Shown here in pieces: positions 1 through 12,945 of a stretch of DNA of 64,000 bases. The DNA comes from Octopus sinensis. Lineage: Eukaryota. The translations under genes were made by a program, and so were the position numbers. The notes under the pieces were generated by a model. It made no database searches. It was not told where the DNA came from and saw nothing but the letters and a program-made list of their open reading frames with translations. Each line of letters starts with the position of its first letter. Positions within the stretch are counted from its first letter, which is position 1. The stretch covers positions 67,394,001-67,458,000 of the forward strand of contig NC_043009.1 in assembly GCF_006345805.1 (NCBI RefSeq), in the 5' to 3' direction.

Positions 1-77
1 ATTTATTTATATATACATGTAGCTATATATTTGCTTATTCGCTTTCGAAAGACTTTTTTTCCCCTCTTCCCCGCCAG

Positions 78-391
78 AGTTTGTCTCGGTGTCGTCTACA
101 GAAACTCTCATGGATCCTCGAGATAATTCCGATTTATACGATGGTGGAACGGTTAGTGTATCTACTGGGGCCAGTCGGTCGACCACTGGTGCCAGTAGTG
201 AATCAGTGTCCATTTCGGACCGTTCCATGCCTCAGCAGTCTCCGAGTACCAGCTCAAAGGAGAGTGCTGGTTCGCCTTCCAAGTCACTCTGTTCCTCCAC
301 ATCCACATCTTCGGAAAATGTCCCGGCAGCGACCACCGCAAACGTTGCTCACAGCGCTGTTTTATCAACTTCGGAACCTGCCACTGTCAAG
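78..391 (+). CDS. Coding exon of an unidentified gene, Ser/Thr-rich low-complexity segment (FVSVSSTETLMDPRDNSDLY...STSEPATVK); in-frame ATG at 110
   Basis: Polypyrimidine tract 53-75 with AG at 76-77; frame open to 391; donor AAG|GTAAGT at 392, phase 0; CpG-rich, non-repetitive sequence. Confidence 0.7.
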
Positions 392-1899
392 GTAAGTGAC
401 ATCTATATATATATACACACAGTACACACACAAACACACACACACAAATGGGTATTTATTCTGACTCGGGCAATTATGTGTATATACTCCAGAGGGTAAC
501 GAATTCGAAGAATCTCTATCTGTCACTAAGAATAAAAAACTCCAAGAATAAACCTTAGAGTGAATAAACATTTAATCCATAATCGTTAGTTTGACAAATA
601 TATTTTTGGTACTCGTATCGCAGTACCTATATTTTCTAGAAATAACGGTTTTGGATTATATATATATATATATACATACATACACATACTCCCACTTAGA
701 TACACATCGTAACATTGACTTGTTTAATAGACAATTATATTAAGAAAGTGTATAAAGTTATTAAGATTTTTATTTTGTATAATTCATTTGGGAAGTATAT
801 CCGTATCGTGGCATTGCGTATAAATTTGTGTACGCAAGCATAAACTGTACAAACACACACACACACACACACTCGTGTGTGTGTGACATAAACATGTGTG
901 CGCTTCTCCCTCCGTTCCAAATTTCAAGTTTCATTTTGTAGATATATGTACAATGTGTCAACTCACACACACACACACACACATCAGAGATCATACAGTC
1001 TGCCCTTCACTCTGAGAGCAAAACACCGTTTCTAGTCGAAGTAATAACTCCCTAAACATTTTTTTCCATCCTATCTTCCCTCTGGCAGCTATGCTTGAGG
1101 GTCGCCCACCTCTGCTGCTTATTAGATCATATAAGGATCAAAATCTATCGATCACGTCTAAAGTACTGTCCAGGCATTTGGTAAAAAAATCTATTTCACG
1201 TGTTCTCTTAGTATTTATTGCTCTTGTAAATCTGTTGCCCCATTAGTCTACCTGTGATCCCTCTGCACTTCAAGTGTGCTCATAGTTTACTCTAGATACG
1301 TTGTACGGGGTCCTTTTCTGACCATTTCCCTGATGATAGCAGGATACCACTTTACCATCATCTTTCCTCGTCCGCAAAATTTAGTCATTGCTAAGTTTAC
1401 TTCTATAAGTATACGGTCTCCCCTTTCTCTCTTTATGTATAAATATCAAATCCAAAGGATGCTAAAAAGAACAATACCCCATTTTTTTCTCTCCTTCATG
1501 TATATAAACACACACACACACACACAAATACACGTTTATGTGTGTGTGTGTGTGTATATAGGTAGGTGGAATTTCATCTCTAAATGTGCTAAATTATCTA
1601 CACGAGCCAGGTCATTGTTTATAGGAGGAGGACTATAATAAACAGGAGGAAGATGAGGAGTGAGCCTATTGTGACCCCCGACTCTCTACCTGTTGGCTAA
1701 ATTCATCTCTGCAGTCATTTCTTGTAGACTGCACTGCTGTACATAGCTTGCACAGCCCTTGTTAGCCATTCAGCTGTCAGTAATTTTTTTTTGTGATAAC
1801 CAGATTACAGATTCTGGAATCCTATCAGAACCCTTTTCCAGGACAATGAATGCCAAGTACGATGGCTTATCGCTAGCCAAGTACTTCTGCAAAGGTTTC

Positions 1900-2430
1900 T
1901 GTTGGAAGAGTGTATCAGTAAACCTTGGAATAGTTTAAAACTCCAGCATTTTGAGGCTTTTCTGCAAATTTGTTGTTACCTGGTGCAGTGCATCCCACCC
2001 TATGTTATAGTTACAAATGAAAGCCTTGTAGCCAAGATACAAGGGCTGCAAGTTCCTCAGTTCACCGTTTTCTCCACATTTTTTTAGACTAGACATGGAC
2101 AGCTGAGCCTTACAACACTGAACAACTTTTGTTCCCTGTGCCAAAAAATAAACCCGAAGGCTGTTGTGTTTGCACTGGAATTGCAATTTTTATTGTAAAG
2201 CTCCACTTGTATTCCTTACTTTTAAGGTGTGGATACATTCTGGTTCTGGTGGCCTTTCGTATGGCTGTCAGGACAATCCTTCTTGCAATTAGCATTGTAA
2301 ATTGCTTCCATAACAATGTCACATCTCATGGAAAGATAATTCCTTGCAGACATTTCTCGACTGTTGCATATCTGAGGGCTTCCGCACTGACATGGCAATT
2401 CGGCATTTTCTTTCACAAGTTGAAGACTTC
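1900..2430 (-). mobile_element. Decayed RLE-type (R4/Dong/NeSL-like) LINE, C-terminal zinc-knuckle and restriction-like endonuclease region
   Basis: Broken frames give ...REMSARNYLSMRCDIVMEAIYN..., KEYKWSFTIKIAI, CKHN and ELRNLQPLYLGYK, resembling the MSARYYLxxRHD / KEYWWN / CKHNKPD / LxRNLQLLY motifs of RLE LINEs. Confidence 0.65.
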
Positions 2431-2450
2431 CTTGGCCCTCTTATTTAGTA

Positions 2451-2808
2451 GTTGGTTCCAGTTGATCCGATCAATGGAATAGCCTGCTCGTGAAATTAAT
2501 GTGCAAGTGGCTGAGCACTCCACAGAAACGTGTACCCTTAACTTAGTTTTTAGGGAGATTCAGCGTGACATATATTGTAACAAGGCCGGCCCTTTGGAAT
2601 TTAGGGACAATAGAAGCAGGAAGAAAGAGTGAGAGAAAGTTGTGGTGAAAGAGTGCTGCAGGGTTGGCCACCATCCCCTGCTGGAGCCTCGTGGAGCCTT
2701 TAAGTGTTTTCACTCAATAAACACTCACAATGCCCGGTCTGGGAATGGAAACCTGCAATCCTACGACCGCAAGTCTGCTGCCCTAACCACTGGGCCATTG
2801 TGCCTTCA
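2451..2808 (-). mobile_element. tRNA-derived SINE, family D (GGCGCAATGGCCCAGTGGTTAGGG head)
   Basis: Reverse complement has box A (TGGCCCAGTGG) and a decayed box B; matches copies at 12569 and 35938. Confidence 0.8.
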
Positions 2809-2844
2809 TCTGATGACATATTCTCTTAGTGTCAAGAATATTAC

Positions 2845-3075
2845 GTGAACACAAAGTGGTGAACTGGCAGCATTGTTGACCCCTCAGGTAAAATGCTTGG
2901 CAGCTTTTCATCCATCCTTACATTCTGAGTTCAAATTATGCTGAGGTTGACTTTGCCTTTCGTCTTTATGGGGTTATGATAAATTAAGTACCAGTCATAT
3001 ACTGGAGGCAGTGCAATTGACTTAACCCTCCCCTGCGAAATTGATGACTGTGTGCCAAAATTTGAAACCAATATC
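2845..3075 (+). mobile_element. SINE with Deu/Nin-like central domain, family B
   Basis: ctgagttcaaatt...gaggttgactttgcctttc...gataaattaagtaccagt motif; flanked by gtgaacac/atgaacac, a possible TSD. Confidence 0.75.
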
Positions 3076-3106
3076 ACATGAACACATGTAGCTTAAGGTC
3101 ATAGAC

Positions 3107-3306
3107 CAGTGGTTTTCAACCAGAGTTCCGCCAGTACAGTCCAGGGGTTCCGCAAGAAGCTACAAAACTGCTAAAATCGGCAGTAATTTTAATTCTCCTG
3201 TGCAGATATGTGTGCATAAGACTATTAAATTATTGCACAGGGGTTCCTCGAGCCAGTGGAATGTTTCCTTGGGGTTCCGCTCCAGCAAAAAGTTTGAAAA
3301 GCACTG
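3107..3306 (+). mobile_element. hAT-type MITE
   Basis: TIRs CAGTGGTTTTCAA...TTGAAAAGCACTG; perfect 8-bp TSD TCATAGAC (3099-3106 and 3307-3314). Confidence 0.9.
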
Positions 3307-3314
3307 TCATAGAC

Positions 3315-3700
3315 AGAGTGGATGATATTATTTTCTCCTCAGTCAACCTGAACATGTAGCTTTAGCATTCTTTCAAATGCTGACAAAGTATTCAGTGTTA
3401 GAACGAACAGTGTTACAGATAAGCTGTCACCTGGAATATTGCCATTGATCACCTTGATTCTGATAGTGGCTTCAGTTCTTCTTGATAAGTGTATGGACCG
3501 TCTTGTCAGTATTTTAACCGCATTGACTATAGCAGATGGAACTATGGCAAAGCACAATGGCTCTGGTATCCCTGGATGAAAGACAAAGTCAGACACCTTC
3601 TTACAGCCTAACCATTCAGTCAACAGACTTTTGAGATACTTTTCTGCTTCCTTGAGGATTTTGTTTTGTTCAGGAGGAGCTGTTCTGCACAACCCAGACT
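3315..3700 (-). mobile_element. Decayed RT fragment of the same RLE-type LINE
   Basis: ORF 3339-3692 contains IRIKVINGNIPGDSLSVTLFVLTLNTLS, resembling the RT motif IxIKRGIFQGDSLSxLLFxLxxNPLS. Confidence 0.7.
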
Positions 3701-3799
3701 CCTTTCTCTCCTCTGCTTAATCATCATTCGCCATTTTTTTAAGCGATGGTGTGTGTGTGTGTGGGGGGGGCAAACACAGATGCACAAGCATATACATAC

Positions 3800-3846
<47 letters not shown>

Positions 3847-5121
3847 TATAGATATATATATATATATGATGGGCTTCTTTCAGTTTCCATCTACCAAATC
3901 CACTCACAAGGCTTTGGTTGGCCCGAGGCTATAGTAGAAGACACTTGACCAAGGTGCCACGCAGTGGAACTGAACCCAGAACCATGTGGTTGGGAAGCAA
4001 GCTTCTTACCACACAGCCACAAAAGAGAGAGAGAGAGAGGAACGTAGTCAGTTATTGATATAAGAAACCCCTGTTTTACAGGGAAGTTTTTCTCAATTAA
4101 TTGAGAAACACTTTGAGCTGAATGTAGTTCACTGCCTTTTGTCTAACGAATTCTGTTTACTTCCTTTGAACAATGAGTCAGCCTCCTTAGTAACTGCTTC
4201 CAGTTTCTCAGTATTCTGTCTTGACTCCTTTCTCGTAATATCTTCCTTTTATTTTCTTTTTATTTCTAGTTTGTTAATCATTATTGCCACTGTAGCATTT
4301 TTGTTTTATTATATTTACAATGCTCCGGCATGGCCTTAACTGTGATTGCCGGAACACGATAAAGAAGTATATTGTTCACGGACACTATGATTTTGAGGCC
4401 TGTATTATAATTCTAATATCTCGTTAAAGGTGTGAATCTCATAAATTCCTTTTTAGTCATGTTACTAAAAAAAGAAAAAAGAAAAAAAAGTCTTTATAAA
4501 CCAACAATGAGGTGAGGTGAGGTGGCAGAGTTGTTAGCATGTCAGATAAAATGCATAGCGTTCCTTCCAGCTCTTTATGTTCTGAGTTCAAATCTGCCGA
4601 GGCCAACATTGCTTGTCTTCCCTTTGGTGGGGCAGGGAGTTAATAAAATAAGTACTGGGTTTGATGTAATCCACTTGTCCCCTCCCCTCAAAACTGGTGG
4701 CCTTGAGTTCCGCAATGGATCAGTATCTGGTTCAAGGGGATAGTTGTGATCTTTGTTACTTATATGCCATGGACTCAGACCTTACGATTCTTTGGGATCT
4801 AGACAAAGAGGGGATAAGAAGGGACTGACACTTCTGGCAGTTTGCTGTGCTTGAGAAGACACCTCAAGCTAAATAAAATTGTGGTTGTCCTTGTAGGCAG
4901 ACATGTCCAAACTGCACCCTTTTTTGTGGATATTGATGCCAGGTGGAAAGCACCCATGCTGGTGTCATGTAAAAGCACCCAGTGCACTCTGTAACGTGGT
5001 TGGTGTTAGGAAGGACATCCAGCTGTAGAAACCATACCTAAACAGACATTGAACCTGGGCAGCTTATCAGTTGGCCAACTCCTGTCAAACCATCCTGGAA
5101 AACGAAGCTTAAATGATAATG

Positions 5122-5167
<46 letters not shown>

Positions 5168-7363
5168 TGCCGATGGCACGTTAAACACACCATTCGAGCG
5201 TGATTGTTACCGCGTCGCCTTACTAGCACTTGTGCTTGTGGCACATGAAACATTTGAGTGAGGTCGTCGCCAGTGCCGCTGGACTGGCTCCTGTGCAGGT
5301 AGCACATAAAAAGCACCATTTAGGCATGGCCGTTGCCAGTTCCACCAAACTAGTCCTCGGTGGCACGTAAAAGCACCCACTACACTCTCGGAGTGGTTGG
5401 CATTAGGAAGGGCATCCAGCTGTAGAAACTCTGCCAGATCAGATTGGAGTCTGGTTTGCCAGACCTCAGTCAAATCGTCCAACCCATTGGCACATGTTCG
5501 AACGCACAAAACTTATATATATATATATCTCTCTCTCTTTTACTCTTTTACTTGTTTCAGTCATTTGACTGCGGCCATGCTGGAGCACCGCCTTTAATAT
5601 ATATATATATATAATATATATATATATCATAAACCAAGAAGTGAGTCTAATTGTAGTTCACTTAATCTGCTAAAGGTACCAGTTAAATCTCCCTCAAATA
5701 ATATTTGACAGTCTTAAGCAAACAACAAAAGAAAGATGTACTCCTGTGTGCTCTATTCCTAGAAAAAAGACAGGATGGTCACGGTTGGAACCCCTTTGAT
5801 CATGATGTGTTCTGTTAGCTTCAACCATAGGCTCCATTCAGTTAGACATAACTGACTTCATGGTTGTGTAGAATATATTTTTTATTTAGCAGCCATTTCT
5901 AAAAAGGAACTAATTATTCGCCACCCCTTCCTTCCTTCATATTTCTTCCCTCTTTCTTTCTTCATTCCTTATTCTCTTTCTTTTCTTTTCATTTGTCTTT
6001 ATCCCACCGAGAATAGGGGTGGGGATCATGCAGAGGCTCTCCCTTCATGGTCTGCCACAACCCAGTTTTATTGCGTTTCACTTTGTTAACATTACTGATG
6101 TAAGACAAGAAAGGCTCCAACCTTACAACCTCTCATTTGCTTTTTTTTAAAACTAAAATACTTTTATTGGTTCCATGCTAAAAGATTTAGGTGAAAAAAC
6201 AAAAAAGCAAATAAAACAAGAAATGTCTGAGAGCCAGCACTTAGCTTTTAGTTTTATCATATCAAATATATTAAATGTGGTGTTGATTATCCTCAAATTT
6301 TGGGGTATTGAATTTGTTGAATTGGTAGTGTCTGAGTAAATTCCTTACATATTCTACAAGTAGTTGACTTAGTTTTGCAGCCCTGTGGGAGTTGATCAAC
6401 ACATAAAGCACAACGGGCCACGATCGTGGTTGTCGGGCACAGGTCGACAGGCCACGATTGTGGCCCAGATAGATGCATTTAATTTATGGGTGCTTGTTGG
6501 GGTCTAGTGTCACTTAAACACTCCGATAACCTCCCAGAATGCAAGAGGACTAATAGTTCACCTAATGACTTTTCACTTGATGTAAGACTTGCTGCTATTA
6601 TATACTAAGAAGATATTTTAACTATTTTTTTGGTTTTTATGTGTGCATGGTAGTCTCATCATCATCATTGTCGTCTAATATTCGCTTTCCATGCTGGCAT
6701 GGGTTGGATGGTTTAGCTGAGGACTGGCAAGCCAGAAGGCTGCACCAGGCTCCAATCTGATCTGGCAAAGTTTCTACAGCTGGATGCCCTTCATAACGCC
6801 AACCACTCTGAGTGTGTAGCGGGTGCATTTACGTGCCACTGGCACAAGGGCCAGTCAGGTGGTACTGGCAACAACCACGCTCAAAAGGTGTTTTTTATAT
6901 GTCACCTGCACGGGAGCCAGTCTGGCAGCACTGGCAACGACCATGCTCGAATTGTGTGGTAAGAGGCTTGCTTCCCAACCACATGGTTCTGGGTTCAATA
7001 CTACTGTGGGTGTGTGGATTCGATAGATAGAAACTGATAGAAGCCTGTCGTATATATGTGTGTTTGTGTCTGTGTTTGTCTTGCACCACTACTTGACAAC
7101 TGGTGTTGGTGTGATTATGTCCCCCATAACTTAGCAGTTTGGCAAAAGAGACCGATAGAATAAGTAACTGGCTTAAAAAAATTATGAGTACTACAAGGGT
7201 TTACTCATTTGACTAAAAATTCTTCAAAGCGGTGCCCCAGCATGGCCACAATCTTATGACTGAAAGAAGCAGAAGATAAAAGAGGAAAAATATCCTTAGA
7301 ATTACAGAAGAAATGGGATGAGACAAGGGCCGAAAGTTGAAATATCAGGACGTTAGACCTGAA

Positions 7364-7515
7364 GCAGTGACTGTGTGGTAAGTAGCTTGCTTACCAACCA
7401 CATGGTTCTGGGTTCAGTCCCACTGCGTGACACCTCGGGCGAGTGTCTTTTCCTATAGCTTTGTGGCGACCAAAGTCTTGTGAGTGGATTTGGTAGACGG
7501 AAACTGAAAGAAGCC

Positions 7516-7573
<58 letters not shown>

Positions 7574-7778
7574 TTGTATATGTTTGTGTGTGTCCCCTCC
7601 AACATTGCTTGACGACCGATGCTGGTGTGTTTTTGCCCTGTAACTTAGTGGTCCAGCAAAAGAGACTGATAGAATAAGTACCAGGCTTACAAAGAATAAG
7701 TCCTGGGGTCGACTTGCTCGACTAAAAAGGTGGCGCTCCAGCATGGCCGGAGTCAAATGACTGAAACAAGTAAAAGAG
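7364..7778 (+). mobile_element. CORE-like tRNA SINE with internal (TA)n/(TG)n, family A
   Basis: tRNA-like head, CACCTYGGGCRAGTGTC CORE-like motif, 3' half ending CTGAAACAAGTAAAAGAG. Many other copies in the window, e.g. 3866-4020(-), 6950-7290, 9314-9460(-), 15345-15770, 49800-49995, 63810-63970(-). Confidence 0.85.
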
Positions 7779-8056
7779 CAACACTTGATTGTTATTGGTT
7801 TTGATTACATAATTCTGGTGTATTAATGTTGTTTTCTGGTATGTTATTGTCAGGACAGTTTTATCCAGTATATTCACTCATCTTTTTAAATGGTAGGCTA
7901 GAATTTGAAGGAGATGTTTCTGCTAATTCTAACCAGGCAGCTGTGAAGTGGCTCCTTTATTGGAATCTGGATGGTATAGGAATTGAAAGAAATGGTGATA
8001 TGCTGCCTTATTTTCCAGCATTCAAGTCAAATTTTTCAGACTAAATTTTAGTCACA

Positions 8057-8447
8057 ACTAGCAGTATCACCTGGCATTGCTTGGGTTTGTTTCGACCCTT
8101 TAGAATTTAAATTTTTGAAAAGTAAAAATTTTGCATTATGTAGCTTGTTATTCTCTTTAAGGGAATATTTTTCTGGTTGAAATACACCGAAAAATGGCGA
8201 CACAGCAGTCAAAAAATCGTAAAAAATAGGCATTTTCATAGAAAAAAGCACCTTTTTGATGTAGATAATTTTTGGTGTTAACATGGTCCGATTTGAATTC
8301 TTTCTTCTATGGAAGGAAGAGCAAGCCTTCTTCTATCATACTCTCAATTTTGGTCAAGTTGCGCTGCAGGGTCTCGGAGGAGGTAGTGTTAGTTGAAGGC
8401 TACCAAACCTGTCACACACAGACAACTTCAGCTTTATATATATAGAT
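8057..8447 (+). mobile_element. Non-autonomous Helitron/Helentron-like element
   Basis: Starts ACTAGCAGTATCRCCYGGCRTTGCT and ends CAGACAACTTCAGCTTTATATATATAGAT; shares both ends with 51954-52310. Confidence 0.55.
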
Positions 8448-9484
8448 TAGTCGGTCAACTTATACACCAGGACACCTTTGAAGGACCAAAAATTCCATGA
8501 GAAATGCAGCAAAGTCTGTAAAGATAGTGACGATGCTCAAATATTTACGCTACATGTTTACGCTATATCCTACGTCAATTGCTCTCAAGCTGTAACACTT
8601 TTTTTATTGAAAGATGTTTTGTTAACATATTTTTACAGAAAAAAAAGAAAGAAAAAATCACTAAAAGTAAAAAAGATAAAATTATTGAGAAAAATAAAAA
8701 CCCATAAAAATTGATGTCCAGAGAATGATTATAAAGATAGTGATAATGATGATGATGATGCCTCTGTTAAGAATTGTTTTTCATTATCCCTGTCACTGAC
8801 TGACTATTGATTTTATCAGCACAGATATGGCATTGAGTCCTAAATAAAATGTCAGACTTTAAGCTGTTGTAACGCTGATAGTTTAAGCTTATTTTTAGTC
8901 GGCTTATTTCTCGTGAGCCACGAAATGGTGACCATGAAGCATCTCTGATCTAATTGCATCATGTTAAGAGTCCAAGGCTTTTGTATTACGCATGAGTGAT
9001 CAGTGTTGAAGATTTGCTTGGTATCAGCCATCAAATGGTGATACATACCAGCCAAATATTAAGGATGGTTACATTAATTATAACTTTTAAATTGACTAAA
9101 CTGAAGGATTGTCACTTGGTGCCAAACTTAATCATCATCATCATCATCATTGATAATGATAACAACAACAACCTTGCAAAGACATTCTCTGTTTAGTTTA
9201 TGCCCTTCCAGTGGCAGTTGTAAGCTGGAAGAATTAAGAGGAAAGGAATGAATTTATTCCAAACTTGAAAGAATTTGGGTCAAAGGAAGGAAAAAAACAA
9301 TGAGATACATATGCAATGGGCTTCTTTCAGTTTCTATCTACCAAAACTACTCATAAAGCTTTGGTTAGCCCAAGGCTGTAGTAGAAGCCATTTGCCCAAA
9401 GTGCCATGGAATGGGACTGAACCTAAAACCATGTGGTTGGGAAGCAAATTTCTTACCCCACAGTTAATCATATATATGTCAGGC

Positions 9485-9534
<50 letters not shown>

Positions 9535-10706
9535 GCCTGACTGGCCCTTGTGCTGGCAGCATGTAAAAAGTACCCACTACACTCTCTGAGTGGTTGGCAT
9601 TAGGAAGGGCATCCAGCTGTAGAAACTTTGCCAGGTCAGATTGGAGCCTGGTACAACCTTCTGGTTTGCCAGTCCTCAGTCAAACCATCCAACCCATGCC
9701 AGCATAGAAAGCAGGCATTAAACAACGACAATGATGATGATGATGATGATATATATATATATAGTCAAACTTAGATGAACTCATGTTTTGTAGAGTGAAG
9801 CAGATATAGTTATGTAGGTTACTATTTTGCAGAATCTGAAAAGCATTCATAACAAAACAGATTTTTTGAAATGTCTTTGTTTTGCCATTGTGACAATTAA
9901 AATAGATAATTAACATCATAAATTAGTCTTTCCATTGGCGTCTGGTTATGAAATGGAAGAGATAAGATATCCAGTCATATATATATATTTAGCCGTATAT
10001 AATTAATTAATTCGTTCACTCTATAAAGAAAACGCTTTTAGTTCTGCTGTATTTTTGGAGATTCCTTCTTTGTTTGATAAATTAGGCCTTCAAAGGTCAC
10101 AGGTACTGCTCCCTCCTCTTCAGATGTTTAGTCTTTTTTTAAAAATAAAACTGAAATCACTATTAATTAAAATTACTTGCTCCTTTTTGTATTTAAAAAA
10201 AATATATAATTACTGCTATCATCTGTGTCTTTGTTTGAAATATCAATGTTCATCTCTCCCCTGCTCCCACCAGCCTAAAAGTGTAGACTGCTTTGAATGA
10301 GTTTCGTCCCTCTCCTTCCATGACCTTTCCTTTGATCTTTACTGCTAACATCTGATGAGTCAGATGACAGTGGGCAACTAACCATAATAGTAAAGAAAGA
10401 AATTCATAAACATCATCATCACCATTATTGTCATCATCATCATCATCATCACTATTGTCATCCTTGTTCAACATCGACTTTTCCATGCTTGCATGTGTCA
10501 GACAGGTTTGTTGTGGTGGGTTTTCTACAGCTTGTTGCCCTTCATATTGCTAACACCCACTTGTTTTCAAGTAAGGAAATATTTCCCCCATGGCCGGACA
10601 TATTTTCATGGAAGATTGGAAATGAAGGAAGTCACTTGCATGACAGTGGTATTCATTTAAAACTATCAGATGAAGTCATAGCAAGGAGGCAGCACACACA
10701 CACACA

Positions 10707-10745
<39 letters not shown>

Positions 10746-11434
10746 CATGTTGTGTGTGTTTGGCCATGTAATGACACATGTGTTTTTCTTTGGATTATCT
10801 GCTTCTTCCTCCTTTTCCTCTTCTTTATACTTTTTCCTTTATCGGATGAAGAGCCAATGCTCGAAACATCATTTCTGTTCCTATCTTCTCCACCTAAAAC
10901 TTTCAATTAGCATTAATCTAATATACGCCCTGTGTACATCCAATTGACTTTTGTTGCTTTATCCTGTCTTTTAATTTTGATTTGCATATATATATATCAG
11001 GCATGCGTCGTCAGTAATTACTCAGGGTAGGCAGTTGGTGACCTTTACATAGTAAAACACGGAAAAAGTCAAGTGAAACACATGTGTGTGACTGAGTTGA
11101 AGGCAGATTTACTTCTGCCTTTATAGCGCATAAAGAAAATGTTTTTGTAGGAGTGTACGCAGCATGTGTACTACAGCAGTATTATGCATAGCTTTAATAC
11201 TGAGATTGAAAAGCAAATACTAAGATTGAAAATTATGCCTATCTAATCTATAAAAAAAAATAAATATTTAGCATTTTATGCAGAGTAATCAGAGTAACCT
11301 TCATAGTTTTATTGAATTAGGTACATATTTTGCCATTAAAGGAAAATGTTACTATTGATCTAATTCATTCACTGCCTACCTTACCTACCCAGACAGCACG
11401 TCCCTGATACACACACACACACACACATACATAC

Positions 11435-11710
11435 AATGGACTCCTTTCAGTTTCTACCTGCCAAATCCAATCACAAGGCTTCAGTTAACCTCTATAGCAG
11501 AAGACACTTGCGAAAGGTGAGGTGTTACACAGTGGGACTGAACCTGTGGAGGTGTGACTGTGTGGTAAGAGGCATGCTTCCCAACCAAATGGTTCTGGGT
11601 TCAGTCCCACTGTGTGGCACCTTGGGCAAGTATCTTCTACTATGGCCTCTTGCTGACCAAAGCCTTGTGTGTGGATTTGGTAGACGGAAACTGAAAGAAG
11701 CCCATTGTAT
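11435..11710. mobile_element. Two family-A SINE 5' halves in head-to-head inverted orientation
   Basis: 11435-11545 is the reverse complement of the body of 11553-11710. Confidence 0.75.
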
Positions 11711-11724
11711 ATATATATACATAA

Positions 11725-11927
11725 GTGGCGAGCTGGCAGGGGCGAAATGCGTAGTCGTATTTCGTCTGTCGTTACATTCCGAGTTCAAATTCCGCCGAGG
11801 TCGACTTTGCCTTTCATCCGTTCGGGGTTGATAAATTAAGTACCAGTTATGCACTGGGGTCGATGTAATCGACTTAATCCCTTTGTTTGTCCCCTCTGTG
11901 TTTAGCCCCTTGTGGGTAGTAAAGAAA
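11725..11927 (+). mobile_element. Family-B (Deu/Nin-like) SINE inserted into the (TA)n tract of a family-A SINE
   Basis: CpG-intact GAGTTCAAATTCCGCCGAGGTCGACTTTGCCTTTCATCC; family-A sequence resumes at about 11950. Confidence 0.85.
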
Positions 11928-12158
11928 TATATATATATATATGTATATATGTTTGTGTGTCTATGTTTGTCTCCCTATCATTGCTTGACAACCGAAGCTG
12001 GTATGTTTACATCCCTGTACCTTAGTGCTTTGGCTAAAGAGATCGATAGAATAAGTACCTGGCTTACAAAGAATAAGTCCTGGGGGTCGATTTGCTTGAC
12101 TAAAGGTGGTGCTCCAGCATGGCTGCTGTCAAATGACTGAATCAAGTAAAAGAATGTA

Positions 12159-12191
<33 letters not shown>

Positions 12192-12568
12192 ACACTCACA
12201 CACGTCTGTTTTCTTTGTCTTTGTGTTGGCATTTGTTGACTGCTTACCATTTGACAACTGGTGTTGGTTTGTTTACGTCCCTGCAGCTTAACAATTGCAC
12301 AAAAGAGACGAATAGAACAAGTACCAGACTTCAAAAAACATGTACTGGGGCTGATTTGGTCCGACTAAACCCTTTAAGTTAGTGCTCCAGCATGGCCACA
12401 GTCCAATGGCTGAAACAAGCAAAAGATAAAATATCACTCGCAACCATTGATATTGCTGTTGTTACTGTTTAGCCCTAGGCTATCCCTGATCAAGCCAGCC
12501 TATGATCAAAGGACCACTCACATCCTCCTATTTTAATATAGACACCACCAGCAGCACCAGCAGCAAGT

Positions 12569-12945
12569 GGAGGCGCAATGGCCCAGTGGTTAGGGCAGCA
12601 GACTCATGGTCGGAGGATCACGGTTTCGATTCCCAGACCGGGCGTTGTGTGTGTTTATTGAGCGAAAACACCTAAAGCTCCACGTGGCTCCAGCAGGGGG
12701 TGGTGGCGACCCCTGTTGTACTCTTTCGCCCCAACTTTCTCTCACTCTTTCTTCCTGTTTCTTATCCCCGACTTCCTACGCAACCGCTGAGCCTGGATGC
12801 ACATTCGTCCATCCGTTGATGCTCTCGGTGTTGGGGGTTGACCTGCTTTCGCTTCTTCTGCGGGTCTTACGAACAGCAAAGGACCACGTTTCGGACTTCT
12901 CCCATCTTGCGAGCTCTGGGACGGAGACCATTCGCTCAACAGCAA
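12569..12945 (+). mobile_element. tRNA SINE with family-D head and an alternative CpG-rich 3' tail
   Basis: Head GGAGGCGCAATGGCCCAGTGGTTAGGGCAGC...GTTTCGATTCCCAGACCGGG; sequence after about 12765 differs from the 2451 and 35938 copies. Confidence 0.75.

Noticed and set aside
8478-8714. Lys-rich ORF or exon
   Set aside because: A-rich low-complexity sequence with no donor site and no recognisable product.
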